From the NCBI RefSeq assembly GCF_003704095.1, contig NW_020846810.1, positions 310,001 to 374,000 on the forward strand: a DNA stretch of 64,000 nt. Reading direction: 5' to 3'. The position numbers and the translations under genes were made by a program. This DNA is from Pocillopora damicornis. Lineage: Eukaryota. The notes below the pieces were generated by a model. That model was not told where the DNA came from, made no database searches, and worked only from the letters and a program-made list of their open reading frames with translations. How positions within the stretch are numbered: position 1 is the stretch's first letter; each line of letters starts with the position of its first letter. This document shows positions 39,101 to 50,887 of the stretch, piece after piece.

Positions 39101-42100
39101 TTTACACTACTTCCCAATTTTGCCATTTCTTCGTTAAAGAGGCTAATCTATAAAATGTTAATCATTACAGAAATTAAATGAAAGGAAAGTATTATCATGT
39201 CACGTAAGAGTTATAAAATTATCATAAAGGAAAGTCAGGGTATTTTTAAAGACAGTCAGTCGGTAAATACAACAACGGGAAAAAAAAAACTAATTTAATT
39301 ATATTTGGAGGTAAAAACATTTTTGCTTTCCTTCCATTGCGGTCTCGGGGCATATCCGAGAGCTAAATACCCACGATATTCTCTCAACGATAGCGGTCAA
39401 ATTACAAAGATAATTGAAGTTTCCAGCCATAGTAATCAAGACATTACTGTTTCATGGATAGTCTCTGACACAGATGCTTCCATTGTTTTTTCTTTTGCAA
39501 CTGGAGCAACCTAAGAAAAAGTAAGGATTACATCAAATTAGAGGTAAATTGAATCACACTTTGCATATAGTATTACGTAGAACCGACCAGTCAATTGGAA
39601 CTTGTTTGCAAAATGTTTATAACAAATTGAAAACAATTCATTCAATCATTTCGAACTTACAAAAGCCACCAACTAACGTGTGACGTGTGAGTCTCCAATC
39701 AAAATTCTCATAACAGCGCTTATTATAGCAGTATGAAGTTCCTTTGTGACAAAAAGTGTAGGACGGACTCCAACACATTTGCTGTATATGGAGGACCTAG
39801 CTGACAGATGAGATATCTGTAACTCAGACAATCCATATGAAAATCTGGAACTGACCAGAGTTGGGATTCTAACACAAACAGAGATCTCTTCCAAACAATA
39901 AAATTGAGAAAAATAAATTACCTTTTTGGTGCGTTCCTGTTTTGCACTTTCTCTGGCATTTGATTGCCCAAGTAATTTTAAGCTCTGTGAAGGAGAATTT
40001 GCAGTAAAACTTAAGCTTCTCTCAATCCTCTGCTCCTGTCTTGAAGTAAAAGGACTGGGCTGATCTTCCTTTGTTACATGCCCAGCTGGTTGTTTAGCAG
40101 ATGTTAGCTTCGGTGTTGATGGCAAGCTTAGTCCTGCAACCTGAGAGGGAACAGAGCAGATTGTCTTTTGTTCTAAACCTTAATTATATATTTCAGTGTG
40201 ACTTCCTTTATCAAAGGAATCAACAGTGTACATACGCAGTATTGAAAGTTCGATGTGGCCCAATCTCTTGACAGATTTATAATACAATTCTTTTTGGCTT
40301 CCTAAAAAATAATTTGAACAAATATTGAGTTATCGCAAATTCTGATCATCGTTTTAAAAATCAGCATAGCAAGGCTAAATCCTGTAAGAAGCACCATTCA
40401 TTTCAGCTCTTTGTGCCATTGCCCTAAAAAAATTTTTGGTGATCTCCCAAGCTAAGAAACCTCTGAAAATATTGTGGTTGCATTTATGAATCAAGCAAGG
40501 TATGGAAAAAAATTAAGGAACTAATTTTTCAATGATTAAGTAGTTTTTACTCAATTGAAATTGACATAACACTGCGCTAAGGGGCCTCGTAACGGCACAA
40601 GGCTGTAAGTTAATGAGTTTTATTGATGCCAATCTTCTACTGTAAAGTTAAATTGTGTAATACCTGAGGTTGAGAGGGTGCCTTTATGGAGGTTGCAGCA
40701 GTAGTTGGTGCTGGTTGAAAAGATGTCTTTACTTGACTATCTGGCTGCAATTGAGTGATAGGAGTGGGTTTCACAAGAGGAGGCCTACTCCTTGAGGGCA
40801 TCCCTGATTCTGTGGCTTGCACTTGTGCAGTAGGTTTAAAGGGTATTGGCCCTGACTGCTTATCACTTGAAAATGAAAATGCACCGGCTGAAGGGTTCCC
40901 AGATGTACCTGAGGAAGAAGTTCCAGCTGTCGAAGGAACAGTTAGCGTTGAGCCTGGTAATGAAAAGGTACCAGACTGAAGATTCCCTGAAGTTCCAGAT
41001 ATCAAAGGAGTGGTTTCTTTAGGGCTTGCAAATGAAAAGGTATCAGTTGGAAGGTTCCCTGATTTGCTTGACAAGGGAGTTCTAGATGTCAAAGGAGTGG
41101 TTTCTTCAGGGCCTGCAAATGAAAAGGTACCACTTGGAAGGTCGACTGATTTGCCTGACAATGGTGTTCCAGGTGCCAAAGGAGTGATTTGCTTGGAGCT
41201 TGCAAATGAAGAGGTACCACTTGGAAGGTTCCCTGATTTGCCTGACAAGGGAGTTCCAGATGCCAAAGGAGTGGTTTGCTTGGAGCTTGCAAATAAAGAG
41301 GTACCAGTTGGAAGGTTCCCTGATTTGCCTGACAAGGAAGTTCCAGATGTCAAAGAAGTGCTTTCTTTGGGGCCTGCAAATGAAAAGGTACCACTTGGAA
41401 AGTTCCCTGATTTGCCTGACAAGGGAGTTCCAGATGCCAAAGTAGTGGTTTGCTTAGAGCTTGCAAATGAAGAGGTACCAGCTGGAGAGAAATAGCCAGA
41501 TGTTGTGGTCTGTGAGAAAACACCAGTAGGGAGGTCTCTAGCAGCACCAAAGGTTGGCAAAACATTCCCTTTAGGAACAGAACCTGATAATAAGAAAAGA
41601 ATAATATCCCCGGAGTGGTAAATGACAAAGGCCCTTGATTGAATCAGTCATTAATGTTGGAACTTGTAAAAATAACATTGGAAATGAAGTCTCCTGTTTA
41701 TTTACAATGTTCAAAAGATTACTGAGTTGAAAGTACATTCACAGAAAAAAAAAGAAAGGTTTGGGTTGCAAAATCTACACATTTTTAAAATGCTTTATAG
41801 GAAGGAATTCCGAAGTACAATTCATCACCTGCTTTTGATGCTATGGCCTTTCTTTGTCCTCCGAGTGGTAAAGGTTCTGGAACTCTAATTATACCTTGAT
41901 CTACATTAGGGGTTTGATTAACAACATAATATGGGCACAGGACACCATCTGTTGATAGAAGCATCATGATTGGGGCTGGGGGAAGCTTTTTTTCTCCTTC
42001 TAAAATGGGCTTGGTTGATCTTAAATCAAATGCCAATCCCATAGGAAATGTTTCATCATTGTTGTTAGTCAAAGGCATTTCTGCACGACCATTTTCTTCA

Positions 42101-45100
42101 ACATTCCACTTTTCCCAAGGAGTAGAAGCCTGTTCAAATACAAGGAAAGCAAGGAAGTATCAACAGTGCAGTTTCACAATACTTAAAAAATATTCTTTGA
42201 GGGACAACATACAACTACGCTAAATCAGGAGACTGTGTGATGCAATGGCCCTTCAGAATTGTCATTTTCAAGAGTATCAATTCCACATTTTATCTCTTCT
42301 TTAACCAGAGAATATCATTATTTACTAATTTTTGATAGAGTTTGATTATTTGTCTAGGTTACAAATATACCTGAAAAATGGAAGGCCAAAAGAATATCTT
42401 TATTTTTACAGTAGCAGCACATAAATCTTAGAGCGGGCTCAAGCAATGGAAATTAATTAAACATGTCATAAACAAATAAATTTCAAGGGAGCTACTGCAT
42501 CAATTCATATTTTTGAGCTATGCAAGTCCATTTTGAAAATTCAACATGCAAAACGAAAGTTACGCATCAAGGAATTCAATAAAACAACATCATACCTCTC
42601 CTCCATACTTCCCAAGTACAGCAGCTTCAAACCCATTGGAACATGCTGAAATCAAAATATTCCTAAAACAGAAGTATCTACACAGTTAGAGTGTTACTTT
42701 ATTGAAGTGAAACAACCTACAGTATTTGTTGCTTAGGCAGTGGTTTGGTTTCTAAGGTGCTCTCTGTGTTGCTAACGAGGTTACTATACTAAAATTAATC
42801 TCTCACTACCATAAGGGCAACTAAATGGACTATTCAATACCAATGACAAGCTACAGCTATAAATGCAATTTAAGCATAATGAAAAGAAAGTCATGTAACA
42901 GGATAATTGTCAATGTTATGTGGTGTGTCCAGGGGCCCTTCTACAGTATGTTTCTATGGGTACCTTTATAGCACCTGTCCTCTAATATTTTTGACAAGGT
43001 GTATTAATGGCAATTTGTCAAGATTTTGCTTTGAAATGTCCAATTTTGTGATTAAAACCCAATAAATATTACTAAGAAAACAACATAGGGTTTAGTTGAA
43101 TAGTTCTTTAATTGCCACTAGATGAATTTTGTATGGTCCATTTAAATTAGTCAGAAATTCATAATATATAGATTTAGCCAAGCCTAAAAGTGCAGCTCAC
43201 ATTTTTTTTCCCACATGTCTCAAGGACACAACGCCTTGCCCCAGCCAGGACTAGAACCTGGGTCATTTGACTCGGAGCCCAGTGCACTGACCACTGGACT
43301 ACTGGACAAAGCTGTGGCGTTGGCGTGCCCGCAGTACAGTTGACCACGCATGTTAAAAGTAGCACCTAGTATGGATGCCCGTACAGTGTCAAGTCCAAAT
43401 TTTTTCAGCTTGATGGGTTACTACAATTTTGTATCATTATGGGGCTATGTTGAGCTCTGCTAAAATTCTCTTAGACTATTCTTACCATTCAGTAATGAGT
43501 TTTAAGTAAAACATGGGTTGCCGTTCCTCGCTCATCACATAGTAGATATCATCAAAGTTTATTATTTTCTTTGGTTCATCTCTCTAAGAGAAAAAAGAGG
43601 AAAAATAGAGCTCAACTTCTGTCACTGTTCAATAGTACCAAATATATCTTTTTTGCTCAAACCATCTTTAGACTGCAAAGCACAAATATTTTGCTCAGTT
43701 TATTTTGCCTAAAGGCCATGTTTTCCACATCAGGGGAAACAAATTTTGCCGTTCAAGAAGAGTTAAGGTTTCTGGTGGGAAATTATTTTTGTGGTTTCTT
43801 GTTACAGAACATAAAGAAAGAGGAAAAGCAACTATTTTCAAAAATTTTAGCTAGTCAAGTTAATAAGCAGGAGCTGTGCATGTGTGCAGTCTACATGGTA
43901 AACAAATTTGTAGCCTGATGGGTATTCCATGTCACTCAAAATAAAAAGAACATGAATTGACACTGCTTTGCATGTAGAGACTTTCATTTTGTCCTAAATA
44001 GTAAGTAAATGTGGCCTTTTCTTTACCGATATTTTTTTTTGATTCATAACTGTACACAAAATTTGCTAAAATAAAAAAACCCTCAAAATTTTCAAGCTAC
44101 ATACAAAGGTACATGGTTTGTCCTTGAATATGTCAAGGTTGGAATTTTTCTTGGTGTGAAAATTTTCAAATTACCCTGATTTGTATTTTCCTGTGTTTCA
44201 GATTATGATTATAACAAATACAAGATAAGTAAATAAGAATCAAACTGATCTGTACTACTTTCGAAAAGTTGAACCGAGAAAATGTTTGATCCAAAACATA
44301 TACTAAATAACATTTAAACTTACAGGAGTGGAAATAAGCAGAAACTGTGGAGCATCCCCTTCCTCAAAGCTGGAGTAAACAACAGCAAACAATGTTGCAG
44401 TAATCCACAGCACATCTGTCACTAAATATCACATGAAGTAATTTGTCAACAAAGTTAAACATTGGAAGAATGAATCAAATGATAAATCAATCAGTCAGTC
44501 AGTCAAGAAATACAGTATATAAGTGACTTCACTAATTTACAAGACTACAGTGTAAGTATTGCAATAAATGGATGTTGGTTTATACCCGTATGTACTGTAC
44601 ACAATTTAACTATTTAGCAAAAGAAAGTGGATTGAAATAATTGAATCAATGAACAGCTTGCAAAGATTATTTGTGAAGCAAAGGTAATTTACATCAAAAT
44701 AGGGTAGAAAGAGTTGATGTTGTGTCAATATACATGTGCTATTGCATTTCCATTCTTATTTGGAAGAAGGGAGACATTGCCACTGATTACAATTTTCAAT
44801 ACCTGAGTGAGGATCGTCAATAAAAATTTCAGGGCATTCTATTTCCTTTTTAACTTCCAAAGCCTAAAGAGAATCATTTTAGATAATAAAGAACATGTTA
44901 CAAAACTGAACCCAGTGAACTTAGGAATCAATATTCAAGAGTAATATCACTTCTCCCTTATTATTTAAATTTCACCCAAGGATTTGAAAACAAACCTTAC
45001 TTTACTCTTTACCAAATAACATGAATAAATCAATTTTTTTAGTTAAAGATTAGAATTTTTAAATTAAAAAGGTAGTGGGGGACATCACAAAATGGATGTG

Positions 45101-48100
45101 AGGGATGTCACAATCAATGCTACAAATGGTACAGATCTGAGGAGAAGATCAGCAAAAGTGCTAAAAAACATGTAGTTCCCCAAGCATAGTATACCAAAAA
45201 TACTCTAAGTTGTACCACCCCAAAATCATTGTCCCTGGTGAAAAAGCATGCATCCAGTTCCTCCTGGTCAAAACTTAAAAAATACCCCCTTGCTCCTCCA
45301 CCCACCTTTATGGACAAGAAATGAAATACATGTTTTGGTTGTGTTTATCACCAGCATGCCCTTTTATAACAATAACTAATATGATGATTCCACCCCCCCT
45401 CCCCCCCTCACTAGAGTACCTTTTTCACTAGGAATTTCCATATCTCCTTGTGCTGTATTGTGTATTTATACCATCCAGGTTTCAGTTTTATAAGAAGCAA
45501 GGCCAAGTTTGCAAAAAAAAAAATGACCACTACAAACTAGTGGTATTATGCCATTTAAAAATCATGACCACCTTTTGCATTTTACTACAAGTTCATATTG
45601 TTGTTAATTCAAAAATGCTATGTCATAAAACAATCATTGGTCCAGCCAAATTTTTGGTTAAGAAATATGAAATAAGCCCCGTTTCTTGACATGCAAACTC
45701 TTTCTGATTACTACCTGAAAGTGCCCACATCTTGTTCTAAATTTGAAATACAAGTTATAGTTGCCCCAAGCACTAACATGAAGATTTAAAGTTAGTTTGA
45801 ATTACTGTACCTGTGAATACTGTGTTAAACTGCCATCTCTGTGTCCAACAACAAGCTGTTTTCCTTTTGGACTCCAACAAACTAGTAAAAAAATTCTCAA
45901 ATCATTTCTTGTTTATAATTGACTTTAATTCGTATAAAAGAAAAAAATGCAATTAAGTGACTTAATAACACCTACTTGCATTGGCATTTACACTTCCTGG
46001 AAGAGAAGCCAGTGTTTTGATTTCAGTTTCAGTAAGCTCCATTATTGACACAGCTCCAGAACTAAAACAAATGGCAAAGATACCAGGAAAACCAGGGTTC
46101 CAGAGAAGGTTTGCGACACTTACTCCTGTTTAAGAAATAATTATCAAATAAACATTACTTTATTTTGCAACTAACAATATGCAAGTTATTAACTGGTCTC
46201 CCTTGATATATATAGTATCATGTTACATTGTAAATAACGTGACAAAAACATCCCAGCAAATCACGTGCAAAATGAGTACATGTGATAACTTAGAAACTAA
46301 GCAATGAAGCACATCATTCACACCAAAATATACTTTAATGATGATGTATAACGTTATGTAAAAATTTATTCAGTTCACAAAAAGAATATGCAATAAATTA
46401 ATACAATTTGTTTATTCTCAGTGTATCGTATTTCGGTAGAATCAGCTAAAGCACTCGTTTGTAACCAGTTGTCGCGTTCTGAATGAATGCTTATTTTATA
46501 GCTTTTATCATCGGTGAACATGCTGTTCTCGAAAACTGATTCATTCATCTCGCCTTTTAAACAAAAACTAAGAAGTGCTTATGATAATGGTGTTGTGTTA
46601 CAGTTTGGTCACGACTAAGCCTTGTTCGGACTCGTATGCAAATTTTTTATGCGAAACCGAATTTGCTTCTTGTTTCATTATTTGTCAGATCATCGATCGA
46701 TGTTCACCTTCTGTTCCTCATCGAAGGTGATCGAGGTAAGTTTGAAGTTTCGAAGAAATAAGCACGCGCAATGCGAACACCAAATTGTTTACATTCCCAA
46801 TGCGTAAACATTCTTGGGGGCGCTGATTGCAATGAATAAATTGGGAAGCATATTAGTGAGTATTCGCTTCGTTACTCGCTTAATGGTACGAGTGTTTCGA
46901 TGTCTTCTGTAAGAGACATTTTCCTTCCCTCTTGATTCATCAACAACTCAAATCAAGCAAATCTACTGCTACTGCTCGTTAGTCGATAAATTCCCGAAGC
47001 AATGCGACATGCGTGAGTGTAACATAATAGCTTTTTTCATTATGTAAATTTCCCATTGTCGACTAGTCGCATTTTTCAAACCAAGAAGTTCTTTGTTTTA
47101 CACAACAATGTACTATAAAGGAAACTTACAGCACCAAATAACAACGGCACATGAGTCGCGAATTTTTTTCAACCGTGCCCGCAAAAAAGTCGTATATGCG
47201 CGTCTGACTATCCTGCGTCTAGGCGTATTAAATTCGTCTGCACATTTAACATAAAGGCGAGCGGTATTGTAGGTATGTTTAATATAATCTGTATCATGCT
47301 CAACTAGACGTAGATTGTCAGAAGACTATTTATGAAGTAATCATAATTTTTAAAATAACTTCGTTAACTTCAAGCCTGTAAATAATAAGCATCAGGTCTT
47401 TTGCTGTGCTACTAAATAGTTTTACCAGAAAAGAAGCAAATCTGCTTAGATGAAAAAAAATTGTTAACCTCTCATAAGCAATGAATGTCTTTTTTTCAAA
47501 ATTACAGTACGTCCTGTACCAATACTAGTTTTTCATATAAGTTGAGATATGAAAGAAGTAGCACAGGATAATATACTTCTTGTAATAGGCTGCTTGGTTG
47601 GCTCTCAAAATTTGAGAATCCAATTCACACCAACAAGTTGTAATTTTGCAAGCTTTCAAAAGAAGATGGCATTGTTCAACAAAGCATGTTTTCACTTGGA
47701 GCTTTACAGGAATTGTACCTGTAATCGTATTGTTCATTCAAAAAGCAAAGTGATCCATGCTCTAAGTTAAACCCTTTATTGTAATACATTGTATTGGACA
47801 CCTTAAACATTTGACCATTACAACCAAGAAGTTGGCAAATATTTGTAAGATGATAGCTTGTTATTTGCAGACTTGAAACTTAGTTCTAAACAATGTGTAC
47901 CTGCATCACTTGTAAGAATTGTGTCACCAAACTTGGCATTTGATGTGTTCTGAAATGACGAAAAGTTTATCAAAGGGAGCCAGATACATTGAGAAGTGTA
48001 AAATGAAACAAATCATAATTGTAAAACAAAACAAAACAAAACAAACAATTGACAAAACTGTGCCACAAAACAGTATCATTCTGCAACAGTACAACATACA

Positions 48101-50068
48101 GAACTTCCAAGGGTTGGAACATCATAGAGATTCAAGAGAGTTTGATTTCCATTCACATAGCAGACAGACAGAGTCAAATCATCACTGCTAAGACCCACAA
48201 ACTGTACAGAATGACCAATTTCTTTGAAGGTTGAAGGGCAAGTTGCCACTGAAAGATACAATAAAAAAAATACCCTATCACTGTTAGACAAATGGATCCC
48301 TGCAGGATGACATCATAACAACACTCAAGCATGTCAAAAATTCCCCTAATGTGCAAGTTTGGTAACTTCCTGTTTTTTTTTTCTCATCAGCTTATAGCCC
48401 TCTGTATAAAAATTATTAAGATTCAAGATTCAAGATTCAAGTTTAATTTAAAAGATCATTCAAAGTATCCCTGTTGATTCAAAGCTGCATCAATTTTGCA
48501 ATGATATACGGCTGTAACTTAGCTCTGAATGTACTAATTTTTGAGAAAAGAACTGGACAACTATTGAGGTACTGATGCACCAAAGAATTAAGCCACCATT
48601 GAAGGAAGTAGGTTTCCCCAAAATACAACATAGTGACCCCTTGAGTTTTATCTTAAACAGGCTAAGGGTAACACATACGCAGTTTTGTTTGTTTTTTTTT
48701 GAGAGGGTGGGTAGGGTGGTGGTTCTAAGGGTTATTTCAACAACTTACCAACATTCTGCATGCTTCCTTCATCAGATTCATTAATTCTTTCAATGGTTTC
48801 AGTTTTTATCACTCTTGTTCCTGTTACAATAAATATTGATACAATGTCCCGTATGATATATAATCTTGAGTTTAAAATTGAAATAATGTAGAGCACAATA
48901 GTAATCAGAAAGAAATTAAAAAATAAAGTTGATATAATTGTTTTAATTCAATTCTCTCCTTGGTACACAAACAAGTAAAGGCGCACTTTTTGTCTTGATC
49001 TTGATAAATACATTACTCTTATAACCAAAAGCAAAGAGGAGAGAAAATTGAGTTCCGAAAGAAAAAAAGTAATATTAAGATCTTCAGGCAACAAGTCAAA
49101 ACTCCTCCACCCTCCCTATTGTGAGGAGAAATTCTGTCTTGGTCACTCGTGGGTGATAAGGAGTTGCTAGGCTCATTTTGTTTAAAACTCAATAAGTACA
49201 CATTCCAAGAAAGAAACAACACATAATTTAAAGATGTTCATCCTCTAAGATGCACAATAGTTTTAAAATACCTGTAGGGCAGCCAACAAATGTCAACCCA
49301 TACTTGGTGGAAACAGCCAGCGAGCTTGAGCGAGCAGTGGGTAAAGTTGTTGGTGACTCAAACATTCTTATTTTCCTCATTTGTTTGAAGCTAAAATCCT
49401 ATTTAAGACAAGAATTTAGGTACACGTGTTAAATAAAGTTGATAGCATGTTCATAGAAGCCTCAACTGTCACACACTAATAAATCATATCGTTTGGAGAG
49501 TCTAATTGCCATGAATCTCAGTTCCATCCCAAAAAACAGGTTGACACGGAATACTCAAGCAGCAAGAGTTCACTGACTACAACCACTCACAAAATCTCCC
49601 CATGGTTCACCGAGAATTACAGCTAAACAGATCATTTTTATAACGCCTGAAAAGATGAACCTGTACTTCACTAAAAGTGAGAGACAGCTAAATTACGATT
49701 GGTGTTTATATTATTACTATTGCGCTTCGACATACGATTTAATGTTTAGAATAAAAAAGTAAAAGTTGGGAGTAAATCACTATTAATTAAGATTCATGTA
49801 GAGCTTAATTTGTCAGCCTGGCTTTTACAGTACATTTTTTCAGCTCACATTTTGTAGCACTGTTAATTTTAGGTATTGTGTCAGTTTAAACTTTAGGAGT
49901 TAAATTTAGGTAACTTGCACTTTCAAGAAGTAAAAGAAAGTTTTCAATGCCACCTATGTTTTACTTTCAAACTACAGCTAAATTTTGCACAAGGAGGTTG
50001 TACGGTCGTAAAACAGATACCTTAACATCCCTCTCTGGAGGCGCTTCTTCATCTTCACTATCTGCCAT
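27178..50068 (-). CDS. NUP214: nuclear pore complex protein Nup214 (CAN), 34 exons, ~2195 aa
   Basis: N-terminus MADSEDEEAPPERDVKDFSFKQMRKIRMF...LAVSTKYGLTF. Beta-propeller motifs LSSDDLTLSV, WNP, CWSPKGKQLVVG, RAEMP and PPAPIMMLLSTDGVLCPY; central coiled coil (RALDP); S/T-rich FG-repeat C-terminus ending SFSQWR*. Phase-consistent GT-AG exons: 50068-50021, 49398-49272, 48820-48749, 48248-48100, 47949-47901, 46125-45976, 45881-45811, 44863-44803, 44421-44324, 43583-43486, 42662-42596, 42129-41829, 41583-40664, 40140-39922, 39510-39448, 39147-38989, 38399-38329, 38022-37974, 37494-37415, 36550-36497, 36187-36115, 36018-35924, 35521-35445, 34834-34751, 34220-33676, 33544-32654, 32227-31066, 30601-30491, 30243-30200, 29930-29774, 29291-29078, 28531-28496, 27818-27663, 27214-27178. 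Confidence 0.96.
27877..28197. mobile_element. non-autonomous DNA-transposon-like repeat with TTCCAGGAC internal repeats
   Basis: Begins cagggttcgtac and ends gtgcgagctcag (decayed inverted end), with many ttccaggac/ttcaggac units. Lies in a NUP214 intron. Confidence 0.6.
29116..29237 (-). repeat. 18-bp coding tandem repeat, (F/L)GG(A/T)PA x ~7, in NUP214
   Basis: cgcaggagcaccwccwaa units on the + strand. Confidence 0.85.
34885..35160. mobile_element. interspersed MITE-like repeat, same family as 36712-36972
   Basis: Shared blocks gattgcat, tctcgaccaatcagat, cgcgttttcccgc, ctctgatt and gacac..aatcga. Confidence 0.6.
36712..36972. mobile_element. interspersed MITE-like repeat
   Basis: ttttcaaatgattgtcg ... 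cgacacttaatcgagaa decayed inverted ends; homologous to 34885-35160. Confidence 0.6.
36975..37305. mobile_element. Tc1/mariner-type MITE
   Basis: ta|tagtcaaacctctatcaggcgg ... ccgcttaatacaggtttgactg TIRs of the CAGT-type terminus, with TA on the left flank. A related end fragment lies at ~55948-55990. Confidence 0.75.
40860..41485 (-). repeat. 87-bp (29-aa) coding tandem repeat in NUP214 exon 13
   Basis: Anchor aat(g/a)aa.aggta recurs at 41031, 41118, 41205, 41292, 41379 and 41466 (period 87), plus degenerate units at ~40959 and ~40872. Unit is approximately SGTPLSGKSGNLPSGTFSFAGPKETTPLT. Confidence 0.92.
43172..43445 (-). mobile_element. interspersed repeat containing a tRNA-derived SINE head
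   Basis: On the - strand: A-box TAGTCCAGTGG (43291-43301), B-box GGTTCTAGTCC (43248-43258), then gcgttgtgtccttgagaca, a typical post-tRNA SINE segment. No intact cloverleaf. Confidence 0.65.
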
Positions 50069-50485
50069 TTTGTGAGTTCTCAGCTTATACTTATTTTTTT
50101 TTTCTGAGTTTTACTTTTCTTTCCTAAATTATCAAAAGTTCAACACTTGCGTCCGCAGATTTTTACTTCCGCAGATAACTGCCATAGGCAGCCATTTTGT
50201 TTTAGTGGTGTCGCTCCAGGCTTTGGCTGGTTGCGGTTGAAAAAGACTAGGATCTAGGAGATATCAATGATACAATATCGTTATCATTGGTTAATGATAT
50301 TCCCCTAAAACGAAGAAATAATAGAAAGCCCTCTTTCTCGTGAATCGCACGTGAGAATCTCGGAAACGTAATGTTACCTTTTTTTCTTTTGGTGGACGAC
50401 ACCGAGGACAAAGAAATACTACTTTCATTCAAGTGACTTTCATTTGATTTAGAGACGTGTTATTTTCAATTCTCCTTAGAATCAG
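50069..50485. promoter_or_regulatory. bidirectional promoter region and probable non-coding first exon, NUP214 (-) / NOV-like (+)
   Basis: The start codons diverge 820 bp apart. The region is locally CpG-retaining, with YY1-like GCCATTTTG at ~50191 and ACTTCCG at ~50165. Donor CAG|GTACGC at 50485/6 and acceptor tttcag at ~50829 precede the ATG at 50888. Confidence 0.6.
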
Positions 50486-50887
50486 GTACGCCATTAATTT
50501 TGCACTGATTTCTTGATTTTTGCGTGGCGCCTCGCCGAGGCAGTGGATATTTATAGTTATTTCCTACGACTATTTATTGAGAGATAAAACTCATGCATGT
50601 ACATGTAGCTGAAGAGCATGTTGTCAGTTATGAACACAGAGGTAGTGTAGAACTGGGAATGAACTCATTTAATTAAATTTAAGATGAAAGATTTAAGGTT
50701 GCATAGTTTTTAGGCAGAACTATAGTGTAATACACTGTTAATACATGTTTAATGTACTGCTTTGAAAATTCGATCATTGGTAGTAAAATTATTTCAAGAA
50801 ATTCTTTCATTTTCTTCCTTAAGCTTTCAGTCTGGGAATACCAGTACCTACCGCAGAAGTAAAAACAAGGATGACTGACTAAATACA

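Noticed and set aside
41000-41485. CRISPR-like regularly spaced repeats
   Set aside because: The whole 87-bp unit repeats with no unique spacers, it is in-frame coding sequence in a eukaryotic exon, and there are no cas genes.
43240-43315. tRNA gene
   Set aside because: A and B boxes are present but there is no convincing acceptor stem, and it runs into SINE-type sequence.
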